From a virus, in IMG/VR virus record IMGVR_UViG_3300030098_005498, positions 1 to 64,000 of that record: a stretch of DNA of 64,000 bases; one strand, written 5' to 3'. Within the stretch, counting starts at the first letter, position 1. Each line of letters begins with the position of its first letter. Under the pieces are notes generated by a model. That model made no database searches. It was not told where the DNA came from and worked only from the letters and a program-made list of their open reading frames with translations. Positions 29,864 through 40,068 of the stretch are shown one piece after another. Position numbers and translations under genes: made by a program.

Positions 29864-31256
29864 GAATTTCGTTTCTTGTTAAACCTTGTTCAATTCTACC
29901 AAATCTACCGTGCATTGTCATACTGATATAATCGCCATCATCCAAGCCCTCTCCATGTCTAGCAACCACTGGAACAATTTTTCTGTCTCCATTTTGAGTT
30001 CCATCCTCCGCTTTTTCTTCATCTGATTTTAATTTGAATATTGAAAAACTTGTACACAGCCAAATAAGTCTATCAGAACCAGATACTACATCTGTAGATT
30101 CTTTTGTTATGCCATCACGATTAAGTTGTACAAAAGCACAACATGCTACATCATACTTAACCATAAAGTTGTGGAGTTTCGTAATTTGAAAACCCAAAAC
30201 TTGGTATTCTTGCATTGCAGCATTGATACCTTCCGATCCCATGAGTTTGAGATAGTCATAGACAATCAAACAATCATTAGTTCTTCCATTTTCATCAAAG
30301 CCAACATGTTGATAAATCCATTTCCTCATTTGACTTAGAATATTTTCAAATGATTCACCGGCAATACTAATATAATGATAAGGAATCTCTTTAAGTTTTT
30401 GAGCGGCTATTTGTACTTTTTCTTTTTCTATTTCGTTTTCTGTAAATCGACCACTGGCAATTCTATTTATCTCTATTCCTGATAGATTAGCTAAGATTCT
30501 ATTGTAATGGTCTTCTTTAGACATTTCTGTATCTAGAACAAGGACTGGTATGTTTTCCTTAGAGGCTACATGAAGTGCAACCGCATCGCCAAACATTGAT
30601 TTACCAACCTTTGGTCGTGCTGCAATCAGATCAACACATTTTCTGCGAAAACCACCACCAATTGCAGTATCATATGCGGGAAACCCTGAAGGTATTCCTA
30701 TAAAATCTGACACATTGTTCGCTAAGAAATCCAAGTAATCATCTAAACCTTCTCCTAGAATCTCTGTTTTTTTACTGGATGATTGATAAATATCCCCAGT
30801 AGCTTCCAGTAAAGGTTCTTCAATTTTGGCAACGATGTCCATTACATCCTCTTCGCCACTAATACTGCCTAATTCCTTTTCACACGCTTTGAGTGTTTGT
30901 AGAAGATCTCTTGAAAGTTTTAATTTAGCAATCTTGGCTGCATAACTTCCTACATTTGATTTATGTATAGGAAAATTAAATAAAGAACGTATAAAGCCTA
31001 TTTCTTCTTTATTATTTACTTGTTCCTCTACACCTAAATCATTTGCAGCAGATAGGATGGAAGAAAGTTCAACTTGAGTATTTTCTGAGATAGATTTAAA
31101 AACACATTCAAATATTAAAGCGTTCATAGAATCTGTAAAATCATCAGAACTAATAAAGTCTATTTCTAAATATGCATCAAGACCGTATTGACATAAGGCA
31201 GCCAATACAGCACGTTCTGAAGCTAAATCTGCTAATTTTGTTATCGTCTTAGGCAT
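29787..31256 (-). CDS. dnaB: Replicative DNA helicase
   Basis: SERAVL, AARPKVGKS (Walker A), TEMS, VYDYLKLM, QLNR, ARHG. Confidence 0.92.
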   Translation of the reverse strand: MPKTITKLADLASERAVLAALCQYGLDAYLEIDFISSDDFTDSMNALIFECVFKSISENTQVELSSILSAANDLGVEEQVNNKEEIGFIRSLFNFPIHKSNVGSYAAKIAKLKLSRDLLQTLKACEKELGSISGEEDVMDIVAKIEEPLLEATGDIYQSSSKKTEILGEGLDDYLDFLANNVSDFIGIPSGFPAYDTAIGGGFRRKCVDLIAARPKVGKSMFGDAVALHVASKENIPVLVLDTEMSKEDHYNRILANLSGIEINRIASGRFTENEIEKEKVQIAAQKLKEIPYHYISIAGESFENILSQMRKWIYQHVGFDENGRTNDCLIVYDYLKLMGSEGINAAMQEYQVLGFQITKLHNFMVKYDVACCAFVQLNRDGITKESTDVVSGSDRLIWLCTSFSIFKLKSDEEKAEDGTQNGDRKIVPVVARHGEGLDDGDYISMTMHGRFGRIEQGLTRNEIHENNANRQQGFETQEIDEGEDLISV

Positions 31257-31642
31257 CTATCACACACATAAAATTCGCGGGCATGTTGGGGGTGGACTTC
31301 TACTGTCTTGCTGCAACGAGAGCAAACCTGTTCTATTTTTTTAAAGGCAGGTCTTCTGCGTTCTGTTGGTTCAATTGGGGGGGTTTTATTCTCCTTATCT
31401 TTATGTTCTGTTCCATCATCTGAGAATTGATTATATCTCTTACGTTTAGTAACGGGTTCAGGTGTTACTTTGCTTACCTTGTCGTTCATTACGAACTGAT
31501 TATTGTCATCTTCTTTTGGTGGATTTCTTTTATACACAGGCTTAGTTTCTTGTTGTTGTGTATCTAAAAGACTTTGGGCTAGTTCTGCTTTTTGTTCTGG
31601 AGTTAATGTGTCCAGAAGACTTTTAATGATGTCGTCGCTCAT
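31241..31642 (-). CDS. Hypothetical protein with C-terminal zinc ribbon
   Basis: CSRC...CDRC. Confidence 0.65.
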   Translation of the reverse strand: MSDDIIKSLLDTLTPEQKAELAQSLLDTQQQETKPVYKRNPPKEDDNNQFVMNDKVSKVTPEPVTKRKRYNQFSDDGTEHKDKENKTPPIEPTERRRPAFKKIEQVCSRCSKTVEVHPQHAREFYVCDRCLRR

Positions 31643-32118
31643 TATTTTCTCCTAGCTATATTACTTAGTGTTTCTGCCATTTTAATAATCCTGTTATGTT
31701 TTCCATCTAGGGTTCTTACTCTAGCTTCCGCATGATTTTTAATTTTTAATATTTCTGATGCTAGTGGATTTTCTCTAACTGCACCATAATACTTTTCTTG
31801 CCACTTAGAGTACTGTCCGCCATATTGATTTAGCACTCCACTTATTATAAACCAGATTGATGATTCTGACCATTCCAAAATATTTTTTTCTTTAGTGTTT
31901 TCTGTCTCAATGTATTCAGCATAAGCATATAATTTAAAAGCATTAATGTTACAAGTTTCCGAATTCCAAGATTTTATATCATCAGTACTAGCATTAAGAA
32001 CAAGTTCTATATCTTCTGGAGGATTTACTGGTGCTAGATATTTAGATTTTGTCCAGTCCTCTACAGCTTGTATAAACTTAGTTAATTTTTGCTCTCCACT
32101 CATTTTCATTCTCGTCAT
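31642..32118 (-). CDS. Hypothetical helical protein
   Basis: Operonic ORF in the recA-dnaB block. Confidence 0.6.
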   Translation of the reverse strand: MTRMKMSGEQKLTKFIQAVEDWTKSKYLAPVNPPEDIELVLNASTDDIKSWNSETCNINAFKLYAYAEYIETENTKEKNILEWSESSIWFIISGVLNQYGGQYSKWQEKYYGAVRENPLASEILKIKNHAEARVRTLDGKHNRIIKMAETLSNIARRK

Positions 32119-32476
32119 AATTAAATGTTACAATTATAATTTCATTGATTCTACACCATTCTAATTTGTCTCTATCTCTTGCCTGGGCACGAAAAAAGGA
32201 GAGCTTATCTCTATAATGAAATTTATTAAACTTGAAATGTTGTTCGCCGTGAACTTCAATAATTAGATTTCTGTTTGGTATATAAAGATCAGCACGTAAA
32301 ACGCTTTTTCTTATTGAAGTTTTAGTGCCCGGAAGTGAAACTTCCTCTAATATTTTATCATACGGATACCATATATCAAGAGCCCTTTTGGCTTTTTTAT
32401 GTAGTTTAGATCTTTTCCCACCTCCAGATTTGGGATTCCATTTATAGTTTTTTCCGTCTAATCCTATTACTTTCAT
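32078..32476 (-). CDS. DUF559/Vsr-like endonuclease
   Basis: LRADLYIP...IIEVHGEQHF...RDRDK..WC. Confidence 0.75.
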   Translation of the reverse strand: MKVIGLDGKNYKWNPKSGGGKRSKLHKKAKRALDIWYPYDKILEEVSLPGTKTSIRKSVLRADLYIPNRNLIIEVHGEQHFKFNKFHYRDKLSFFRAQARDRDKLEWCRINEIIIVTFNYDENENEWRAKIN

Positions 32477-33377
32477 ATTGCACTCTGTCTAATAGTTCTT
32501 CAAAATTTTCTTCTAACAACAATGAATAGTCATAATCTACTTGACCATGCTCTTCATAAAAATCTTGAATGAGCTTGTAAACATTACTAAATTCATATCT
32601 ACTTACAAGTATCATGGGCCAGATCTTAGAAAAGATTCTATTCATCCAATTATCCATTGCTACAGGAACCGTGTTGCATAAGATGCATTCCCAAGTTCTA
32701 AATGTATCTAGTCCATTTCCAGTAGGAGAAATAGCAAAATTATAAGATGCTAATACTTTCATAAAGTCAACGAATGGCATTCTATCTCCCTTGAGGATAC
32801 CCATATTTAATTCTACATCTTGGGTATCATATCTTTTAGGAAAATTACAATCAATAAATTGTTGCTGCCAACACCATTCGGCTACTCTAATTCTATATGG
32901 AGAGGTTATGGTAAAGTTTGCATAACATAGATTATCCTTGGGTATAGATCTAAGTTCTTGTATGTCAATGGCATTCCAGTCTTCACCATGATTAACTCCT
33001 ATGGGTAATGGGTATATTTTCCTATGAAGAAATTGTCCCATATTAGTCATATACCAGCGTCTTACATGAGGAAGTATTGAATCTATTTCTATATTGAAAT
33101 ATACTCCTCCATGAGCAGCGTCTTCAATCGTATAAGAGTATATTGAGTCAAATGAAATATTACATTGAGTTTTTTTAATTCCCCAATCTCCAGCGTGAGT
33201 AATCAAAGTCTTGTTACTGTCTAGAGACAAATTTAATTCATTTTGTATAGCTTGTTGCGTTTTGGTTTTTGTGCCGTGTCGTAAATCTTGTGCATTTATT
33301 TTTTTACAACATTTGTAAAGATCGCAAAATACATTGCTGTTAATCAATCCCTCTTTCTTGTATTTCCACATGTTCAT
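32442..33377 (-). CDS. Exostosin/GT47-like glycosyltransferase
   Basis: PLPIG, LCYANF, SPTGNGLDTFRTWEC. Confidence 0.7.
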   Translation of the reverse strand: MNMWKYKKEGLINSNVFCDLYKCCKKINAQDLRHGTKTKTQQAIQNELNLSLDSNKTLITHAGDWGIKKTQCNISFDSIYSYTIEDAAHGGVYFNIEIDSILPHVRRWYMTNMGQFLHRKIYPLPIGVNHGEDWNAIDIQELRSIPKDNLCYANFTITSPYRIRVAEWCWQQQFIDCNFPKRYDTQDVELNMGILKGDRMPFVDFMKVLASYNFAISPTGNGLDTFRTWECILCNTVPVAMDNWMNRIFSKIWPMILVSRYEFSNVYKLIQDFYEEHGQVDYDYSLLLEENFEELLDRVQYESNRIRRKKL

Positions 33378-34468
33378 TTGGACAATCCTTCCTTTATCAA
33401 TTTTTCTAACACGTCTACTAGAACGGGATTAGATTTTAAAAAATCATACAATTTGTTTTGACCTTGAAACTTGCCAGCCTTAATGGAAAATAACTCTTCG
33501 TCATTTTCAACATCAATATCTGGAAATATTTCTTTAGCTATATCTTTATACATTTCTAAGAAACTACAAGTGAACCAAGCACCGGATTTGTTGATCAAAC
33601 CTATATCTAATGCTAAAGTTAGTATTTCTTGTGTTTTATCAATACCATGTCCATAACGAATATAGCTTTGTACTTGGCCTCCAGGCGGTCCCATTGATGA
33701 ACAAATAATTTTCCAATTTACAAGTTGTCCAATTTTTTTACCGTCGTCATCATCCCAAAACTTCACCGCCGAAACCTTTTCTCCACCACCAGCAATTTCC
33801 ATTCTTGTATCTGCTTGATATTGTATTTTATTGCCGCCATCAGCCATTTTAGCTTTGCCAAATCCAGATGTGTTAGCGATATAATGCGTAATCGCTATTA
33901 CTAGTCCACGTTGCCTTGGTAACAATTGGCCCACCTTTTTGGTAAAAATACTAAGAATTTTGGGCAATCCTGCACGACCTGGACTAAAGTCATTATCTAA
34001 TTCTTTTTCTGGAATAAGAGAAGAAATAGAGTCAATAATAACAGCAGCACCATGATTGTCTGGATGACTCATCATTAGGTATGCCCATTCTAGAAATTTT
34101 TCAGCGGGGATCGGTTTGTCTTCAGGTGCCATAATCAACATCTTTTCTGGATCAAGACCGTCAACTTGAAAATTCATATCTTTGAATCTTCCCTCGGCAT
34201 CAATATAGATTACATTTCTACCTAACTTTTGACAGTTGGCAGCAATTTGCATAGCTGTGGTGGTTTTACCAGATTTAGGATCTCCTGTCAGTGTGACCCA
34301 GCTTCCTTCTTTGATCCCGCCTCCAAGTGCAATGTCAATTGCGGGGCCGACAGATATTATTTCATAGTTACTTTTTTCTTGTAATACCTCGGCCCCCGTT
34401 TTGATAATTTGACCATAGTCTTTTGCGGACTTTTTTAAGTAATCTGGTAACTTATTTGCCACTGCCAT
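33374..34468 (-). CDS. recA: RecA/UvsX recombinase
   Basis: DIALGGG, GDPKSGKTT, IDAE, IIDSISSL, GIDK, KSGAWF, FQG. Confidence 0.9.
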   Translation of the reverse strand: MAVANKLPDYLKKSAKDYGQIIKTGAEVLQEKSNYEIISVGPAIDIALGGGIKEGSWVTLTGDPKSGKTTTAMQIAANCQKLGRNVIYIDAEGRFKDMNFQVDGLDPEKMLIMAPEDKPIPAEKFLEWAYLMMSHPDNHGAAVIIDSISSLIPEKELDNDFSPGRAGLPKILSIFTKKVGQLLPRQRGLVIAITHYIANTSGFGKAKMADGGNKIQYQADTRMEIAGGGEKVSAVKFWDDDDGKKIGQLVNWKIICSSMGPPGGQVQSYIRYGHGIDKTQEILTLALDIGLINKSGAWFTCSFLEMYKDIAKEIFPDIDVENDEELFSIKAGKFQGQNKLYDFLKSNPVLVDVLEKLIKEGLSK

Positions 34469-34925
34469 CTGCCTTCCTTAGTTTAGATAATAAACTTTTT
34501 TTATTTGGTAATGATTTACGGGGCTTGTATTCACCCTCTAGTTTTTCTACAACCTTTTTAGGTTTAGCATCTTCAGTATCTGTAATTTTTTTAGATTTCT
34601 CTATACCCCTTTTTACAAAATCTAAAGCTAAAACAAACTTTTTAGTTTTATGCAAAAAGCCCAATGAATACACATTTGATCCGCTTGGGCTATTTAAATA
34701 GTGAAGAATTGGTTTCTCTCCATACTTTTTTATTAATTTATGTGCGACACGAACTTGTATTTGATAAGTATCGCCTTTGTTCCAAAATTTGTAAGCTAGG
34801 CTACCCTTATTTTCTTTCTCGGCACGTCTGATGCAGACTAGTTCTGCAATATATTGAGCCGAGCTACACGGCTGCCCCGTTGATATACTCTTGTATTTTT
34901 GCGTGTTTGATTTTTTTTGAGTCAT
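34452..34925 (-). CDS. Hypothetical basic protein
   Basis: Operonic 157-aa ORF. Confidence 0.6.
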   Translation of the reverse strand: MTQKKSNTQKYKSISTGQPCSSAQYIAELVCIRRAEKENKGSLAYKFWNKGDTYQIQVRVAHKLIKKYGEKPILHYLNSPSGSNVYSLGFLHKTKKFVLALDFVKRGIEKSKKITDTEDAKPKKVVEKLEGEYKPRKSLPNKKSLLSKLRKADGSGK

Positions 34926-35385
34926 GTTTAAAAATCATTTGATTGATAGACTGTTCGACAACTTCTCTAATTTCTTTTTCTGGCTCAAGATCTGTTTCCG
35001 GCCATATAAACTTTCTTACGTCCACTTTATCGCATTCAGGTCGCAATAATGACACAGACAAAAATTGAAAATCTTGATGAGATCCATCCAGAGATTGGTC
35101 TCTTGAACAACCTCTCATAATTGAAAATCCATCTAAGCCTTCGGGGTCTTCAAAAAAAGTATATTCAGGCATACCAAACATGTATAATTTAATTGAGGTG
35201 GGAGATGTTTTATTGTTTTCGCAATACATTTTAAATCTTTCCCAGCACTTTTCATATCCTGGTCTTTCATAATCACCCCAAATAACACTACCGTCCAACA
35301 TTTCAGCCTTCCAACTCATTGTAATTTCATTATGCGTCATATGACGCATATATGCATCAAATGTTTTGCAAACTTTAGTGTTCAT
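34864..35385 (-). CDS. Hypothetical protein
   Basis: Operonic 173-aa ORF. Confidence 0.6.
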   Translation of the reverse strand: MNTKVCKTFDAYMRHMTHNEITMSWKAEMLDGSVIWGDYERPGYEKCWERFKMYCENNKTSPTSIKLYMFGMPEYTFFEDPEGLDGFSIMRGCSRDQSLDGSHQDFQFLSVSLLRPECDKVDVRKFIWPETDLEPEKEIREVVEQSINQMIFKHDSKKIKHAKIQEYINGAAV

Positions 35386-35395
35386 ACTTATTATC

Positions 35396-35698
35396 TCACT
35401 TTATTTTATGAATATGCCTTCCATAACGTGGAGGGACGCCATTTGCGGCTTCCTTTCTTCTTTCCTGCTTTTTATCGGAGGCCATGGAGGCTTCCATTGT
35501 AGATATTGTAACTCCACGCTCTTCATCTTTAGCATATAGTGCTTTTGTTGGAGTTTCTGGGTTTGCCAAATTATCTAGATATCTTTCAACGATTGCTACA
35601 GATCTATTTAAAGCTGTAGCCATAGCACTAGATTTAAGATATTGATGATTTTCTTCAATGTATTTCTTTTCAGAATTTGAAAGTGGACCTTTTTTCAT
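35396..35698 (-). CDS. Hypothetical protein with N-terminal HTH
   Basis: GPLSNSEKKYIEEN...MATALNRS pattern. Confidence 0.55.
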   Translation of the reverse strand: MKKGPLSNSEKKYIEENHQYLKSSAMATALNRSVAIVERYLDNLANPETPTKALYAKDEERGVTISTMEASMASDKKQERRKEAANGVPPRYGRHIHKIK

Positions 35699-35699
35699 T

Positions 35700-36044
35700 T
35701 TATCTCTCCGATAGTAAAATTCTTCTTGCAGTGGTAAAGTGTATTTTATTTTTGCTATTCAGATACTTAACAAAAGCATCAAAAGCTTTTTTATTAACCT
35801 TTTTAAACTTAAACACATCCGATATGCGTTTTCTACTCAAATTGTCGTCTATTCCATATGGATCAATAAGCTCACCCCTGCCAACTCTTACAAAGTATTG
35901 AGAAGTACCACTTGTTGTGAGTGACTTTTTAGCAAAGCTAGAATATTCCTCACATTCAAGTCCATCCTTGCCAATGAATTTAGTTATTACTTCATCGGGA
36001 TCGGGGATGCCCATTCTAACAAATTCATTTTCTTGATTCGACAT
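35700..36044 (-). CDS. Hypothetical protein
   Basis: Operonic 114-aa ORF with GGAG RBS. Confidence 0.6.
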   Translation of the reverse strand: MSNQENEFVRMGIPDPDEVITKFIGKDGLECEEYSSFAKKSLTTSGTSQYFVRVGRGELIDPYGIDDNLSRKRISDVFKFKKVNKKAFDAFVKYLNSKNKIHFTTARRILLSER

Positions 36045-36330
36045 TTAAGTTCTCCAACATGTTTTTTACTTTACAAATACATTCTGATTCTGTAGCTCCC
36101 TTGATATGTATTTTAGCCTTGTCGCTCATTCCAAATTTTCTTAACTCTTGGTTACTTAGAATAGATTCACCCATCATGTTATCATTAGCAAGAGATCTTA
36201 CTTCTATTTTAAAGGTAAGAACAGCAATATGTGGGAAATCTTTTCTTGGTGTTGATTCAAATTTTTCTAATTCTTTTTTTCTAGCTATCTCCATTAGCTC
36301 TGAAAAAGAAGATGGGGATTGTTTTTCCAT
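36025..36330 (-). CDS. Hypothetical protein
   Basis: Operonic 101-aa ORF. Confidence 0.55.
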   Translation of the reverse strand: MEKQSPSSFSELMEIARKKELEKFESTPRKDFPHIAVLTFKIEVRSLANDNMMGESILSNQELRKFGMSDKAKIHIKGATESECICKVKNMLENLNVESRK

Positions 36331-36686
36331 TATTTAGGCGTTTCTCCTGTTTTTATATAGTGCGTTTGTTGTTCAGGAGTCATAGATTGAATAGCTCTGT
36401 GTTGTTCTCTTTTCTTTTGCACTTCACTGCTAACCTTTTTCTGTAATTTATCACCCTCTCTTTTGGCCGTTAGTTCCATGTTACTCATTTGCTGTGTATT
36501 TCTATCGGCTAACTGCCCTATAGTCGTGGCTTCACCCCTAACAAAAACTGTTGGAGCTGTTATAAAGATTTTATTTAAAGTTTCTTCTCCGCATATTGGG
36601 CATTTTAAAGTACTAGGATCATTAAAACCCTGTTTTATTTCTGTATGATATGCACAGGGTTCACATTCAAAGTCATAAGTTGGCAT
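36330..36686 (-). CDS. FmdB-family zinc-ribbon protein
   Basis: MPTYDFECEPC...CPICG. Confidence 0.8.
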   Translation of the reverse strand: MPTYDFECEPCAYHTEIKQGFNDPSTLKCPICGEETLNKIFITAPTVFVRGEATTIGQLADRNTQQMSNMELTAKREGDKLQKKVSSEVQKKREQHRAIQSMTPEQQTHYIKTGETPK

Positions 36687-36756
36687 AACTTCTCCAATAA
36701 TATATAAAGAATCGGGTTACTTTATTATCGTTTATAGTATCCCGTAAAACAACAAA

Positions 36757-37425
36757 TTATTGCAATCTAGTCAAAATTTTAGATATGATATCATTTCTAA
36801 CAATATCTTCATTTGTTAGTTCGCATATCGCCACACCTTCTAGATTTTCTAAAGAAGACATACATCTTTTTAAGCCACCAAAAGCATCACCTCTAAGGTC
36901 TGTTTGATCTAGGTCTCCGTTTATAACAGCTTTTGAGCCAATCCCAATACGTGTTAAAAACATTTTAATTTGTTCAAAGGTTGCATTTTGGGCTTCGTCA
37001 AGTATCATAAATGTATTATGAAAATTTCTTCCACGCATATACTCTAGTGGGCATATTTCTATAGTATTTGTTGCCCTCATTGAGTTGTGTGTTTCTACGC
37101 CCAAGTATAGTTTTATTTCTTCTATAGTCGGAACCATGTACGGGTGAATTTTTTCATTTAAAGTTCCGGGTAAAAATCCAATACCTCTACCGGATTCTAC
37201 AACTGGTCTAGTTATAACAATTTTTTCTACTTTGTTTGATAAGATATATTCACAAGCCATGCCTACTGCTACAGCAGTTTTTCCAGATCCGGCGGGACCA
37301 GAGCAAAATGTTATATCCTGTTCCGCCATAGATATAATATAATTTTCTTGATTCTCCGTTTTGGGTTTTAGTTTTTTTCTAGAAGGTCTAATTGGCTGTT
37401 TCTGAGATGATCGTTTACGACCCAT
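36757..37425 (-). CDS. phoH: PhoH-like ATPase
   Basis: GPAGSGKT, TRPVVE, GFLPG, YMRGR, DEAQN, GDLDQTD, DIVRN. Confidence 0.93.
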   Translation of the reverse strand: MGRKRSSQKQPIRPSRKKLKPKTENQENYIISMAEQDITFCSGPAGSGKTAVAVGMACEYILSNKVEKIVITRPVVESGRGIGFLPGTLNEKIHPYMVPTIEEIKLYLGVETHNSMRATNTIEICPLEYMRGRNFHNTFMILDEAQNATFEQIKMFLTRIGIGSKAVINGDLDQTDLRGDAFGGLKRCMSSLENLEGVAICELTNEDIVRNDIISKILTRLQ

Positions 37426-37444
37426 GCTATCTCCCTACAAAAGA

Positions 37445-38638
37445 TTAATAGATTGCACCATCTAACGGGACATAATTTTGTGCTGTCGCTCCTTGATATA
37501 AAAATAAATCACTGCAATCATTTTGAAAACTAAGTGTTGCTTCTATATTTCCACCTCCGGTATCACCTCCCGTTACATCAAAACTTGTCAAATAATTTCT
37601 ATTACTTAAATCCCATTGAAAAAGATCAGTTGGGCTAGATTCTGGATAAAGTATATTTGTTAAAATACGAATTTGTCGATTTGTTTGATACTTACCAATA
37701 CCTTTGTTTTCAGCTCCATATGTTCCTGCTGTATGGTAGGTGTCTGTAAGGGTGTGATTTTGATCTGCACTGCTTACAAAATAGTGAGATCTAACAAGAC
37801 CTGTAAAACTAGCCGTTATTGCAACTGGTAATTCCATAACCTTCCATCTGTTAACCTCTGAGGACGTATCACTACCTCTCCACACGCCAGTATCTGGAAG
37901 GTCTCTGTAGCTAAAAGAACAATCTATATTGATACTTTGTAGTCCAAAAATTGGAGATCCTTGAAACTCATTACCTATATTGAATGCTTCATTTACCTCT
38001 TTTGGAAATATACAGTTCGATATATCAATGTCTTTTCTGGTTAAATTTTGGGCACCTTGTGGTAATGAACCAGCAGAGCTTGCCGCATCAGAGAAGTCAG
38101 TCCATGTAGAATCATTTAATTGATCATACATTTGGGATTGAAAAGTAAGATCTTCTGTTATAGTTCCATCGACACTTATATTGTACGATATATTGGTCAA
38201 TAATGAATGTTTAAATATATAGACAGAATATTCTGCTCCTAACCCGGCAGCACCAATATTGTTTAAAGAATCTGAACCATAAAAAATAGCTATATCATAA
38301 TCTTTTACAGATTCACCACCTGGACCGACTCCGTTTGAGCTAAGTAAATGACCGGCTTCATAGGTAGTTTGAGATGTCTTATAAAAAAACCCAGAACCGT
38401 TGCCTGCAAGCGGTAGCGTTCTAGAAATTGTTATAACAAAATTTGTTTTACCATATCTAGTAAAAGTTTGGTTTAATCTACCATTATCAAAAAGTGTTTC
38501 AGGAGCTATTTCTCTATTGATACCTATAGCCTGAACTCCAGGTAGCCAGTTAGTTGCACCCGTTCCGCCATCTCCAGTCCAAACGCCTTGACAGGCATAA
38601 AATATTCTATTATTTGGTGTAGTAAATGGATCGCTCAT
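37445..38638 (-). CDS. Putative virion structural protein (tail tube-like)
   Basis: NNRIFYACQ N-terminus, S/T/G-rich beta-type composition, preceded by TGTGTATAAA. Confidence 0.5.
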   Translation of the reverse strand: MSDPFTTPNNRIFYACQGVWTGDGGTGATNWLPGVQAIGINREIAPETLFDNGRLNQTFTRYGKTNFVITISRTLPLAGNGSGFFYKTSQTTYEAGHLLSSNGVGPGGESVKDYDIAIFYGSDSLNNIGAAGLGAEYSVYIFKHSLLTNISYNISVDGTITEDLTFQSQMYDQLNDSTWTDFSDAASSAGSLPQGAQNLTRKDIDISNCIFPKEVNEAFNIGNEFQGSPIFGLQSINIDCSFSYRDLPDTGVWRGSDTSSEVNRWKVMELPVAITASFTGLVRSHYFVSSADQNHTLTDTYHTAGTYGAENKGIGKYQTNRQIRILTNILYPESSPTDLFQWDLSNRNYLTSFDVTGGDTGGGNIEATLSFQNDCSDLFLYQGATAQNYVPLDGAIY

Positions 38639-38675
38639 TTTGCTTCCTTACGGACAATCAATTATTATTCTATGC

Positions 38676-38685
38676 TTTATACACA
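38676..38685 (-). promoter_or_regulatory. Candidate phage late-promoter motif TGTGTATAAA
   Basis: Repeated 10-mer in a short intergenic gap before a structural-like gene. Confidence 0.5.
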
Positions 38686-38686
38686 T

Positions 38687-38986
38687 TCAGTCTCTTTCTT
38701 TAATAAAAATTCCATCTACCATCTTGCCTTTTCTGTCCTTGATATCATTCCACGCTTGTTCTAAACAATCAACTAGTGAAAGATTATTTCGTTCTGCAAT
38801 ATTAATCAAAACCACCATCATATCACCAATATCATCAGAAATATCTTTACCCCTGCATAAATTGTCCGATAATTCTCCCATTTCTTGGGCTAGTTTGCAG
38901 AACTGGTCTTTATCTGTAGATCCTTCAATAAGGTTTCTGGCATGATGCCATTGTTTGATCTTTTCAACATAATTCTCTAGACTCAT
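38687..38986 (-). CDS. MazG-like nucleotide pyrophosphohydrolase
   Basis: KLAQEMGEL...DDIGDMMVVL...IKDRKG. Confidence 0.85.
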   Translation of the reverse strand: MSLENYVEKIKQWHHARNLIEGSTDKDQFCKLAQEMGELSDNLCRGKDISDDIGDMMVVLINIAERNNLSLVDCLEQAWNDIKDRKGKMVDGIFIKERD

Positions 38987-38993
38987 TTTATCC

Positions 38994-39191
38994 TCATTTT
39001 TTAAACTTGAAATGTATCTTGTCTAAATGAATCGTAATATATGTCTCGTCTCCGACTTCATTGACTTCGACATTCTTTACTACTCCACCCACAATATTCG
39101 ATAATTGTTTTATCAATTCTTCATCAATACCAAATCTCTCTAATATTCCATTAATAAAGCCGTGAATAATCCCATAATTTTGTTGGTCCAT
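38994..39191 (-). CDS. Hypothetical protein
   Basis: Small operonic ORF. Confidence 0.5.
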   Translation of the reverse strand: MDQQNYGIIHGFINGILERFGIDEELIKQLSNIVGGVVKNVEVNEVGDETYITIHLDKIHFKFKK

Positions 39192-39410
39192 TTAAAATAA
39201 CTCCGATTGATATCTTTTTAATGTCTCAATTCTACCATCAGCATCAGCCAATTTGGATAATGCTTCGTTCAAATTATTATGGAGATCTGATGTGCTATGA
39301 TCTCCAATACCCGCTGGGAAATCTAGCATAATTTTCAAACTAGTCAAAGCTTGAAAGCGATCAGTTTTAGCTTGACTCAACAAGGCATTATATACATTCT
39401 TTTTATGCAT
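39192..39410 (-). CDS. Hypothetical phage protein
   Basis: PAGIGDHS motif typical of a small helical phage family. Confidence 0.6.
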   Translation of the reverse strand: MHKKNVYNALLSQAKTDRFQALTSLKIMLDFPAGIGDHSTSDLHNNLNEALSKLADADGRIETLKRYQSELF

Positions 39411-40032
39411 CCATGGATCTCCTAATTATGTCTAGTGTAAATTTGAAGGGTTGTCCGTCAATTGATTCTACTAAGTCCCACATTTGCTGAGCTATATCTC
39501 TGATTTCTATCTGGGCGTGTTCACTATTTCTAAGCTTCTGAAAGTTGGCAAAACTCCGCATATTGAACATTATATCAGCCTGAATCTGACTGTTATAAGT
39601 CTTGAAGAATCTGGCCGATTCTTTTGCTCTTTTGCGTCCTAAAATAGGTTCGAGTTCGGCAATGGCTTCATGGTATAGATCATTACCCATCATTGTATAC
39701 TTTTCAAGTTTTGCTGCCCAGTCATCGGGCCAATCTTCTGGTAGGTAGTATTTATTTTCTTGAAGTTCTTTGTATCTGGCGGATTCAGCGTTAAGACTAC
39801 TGATTCTGTGTTTCAAAAGATGGATATGACTGGCGATTTCGGTATCAACTAGAAAATGCACAACACCTTTTTCAAATGGAGTCTCGTGACCATTACTCCA
39901 CAACATATCAATTAGTTTAGGGATTCTTGCCCGCTTTTCATCAGTTAGGTTTCTGCTTGTGGAGGTCCAGGCACTGCAAGCAATCACAGTGTCAGAACCA
40001 TAATAACCCAATAGCTCAACTTTGTTTCCCAT
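39403..40032 (-). CDS. thyX: Flavin-dependent thymidylate synthase
   Basis: GHETPFE, KHRISSLNAESARY, KESAR, N.RS..NF..LR...HAQ.EIR. Confidence 0.88.
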   Translation of the reverse strand: MGNKVELLGYYGSDTVIACSAWTSTSRNLTDEKRARIPKLIDMLWSNGHETPFEKGVVHFLVDTEIASHIHLLKHRISSLNAESARYKELQENKYYLPEDWPDDWAAKLEKYTMMGNDLYHEAIAELEPILGRKRAKESARFFKTYNSQIQADIMFNMRSFANFQKLRNSEHAQIEIRDIAQQMWDLVESIDGQPFKFTLDIIRRSMDA

Positions 40033-40068
40033 ATTATTCGTTATTGTTCCTTGTTTAAAACTACCGAA

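Noticed and set aside
31642-32118. UvsY-like recombination mediator
   Set aside because: Only size, helicity and proximity to recA support it; no diagnostic motif recognised.
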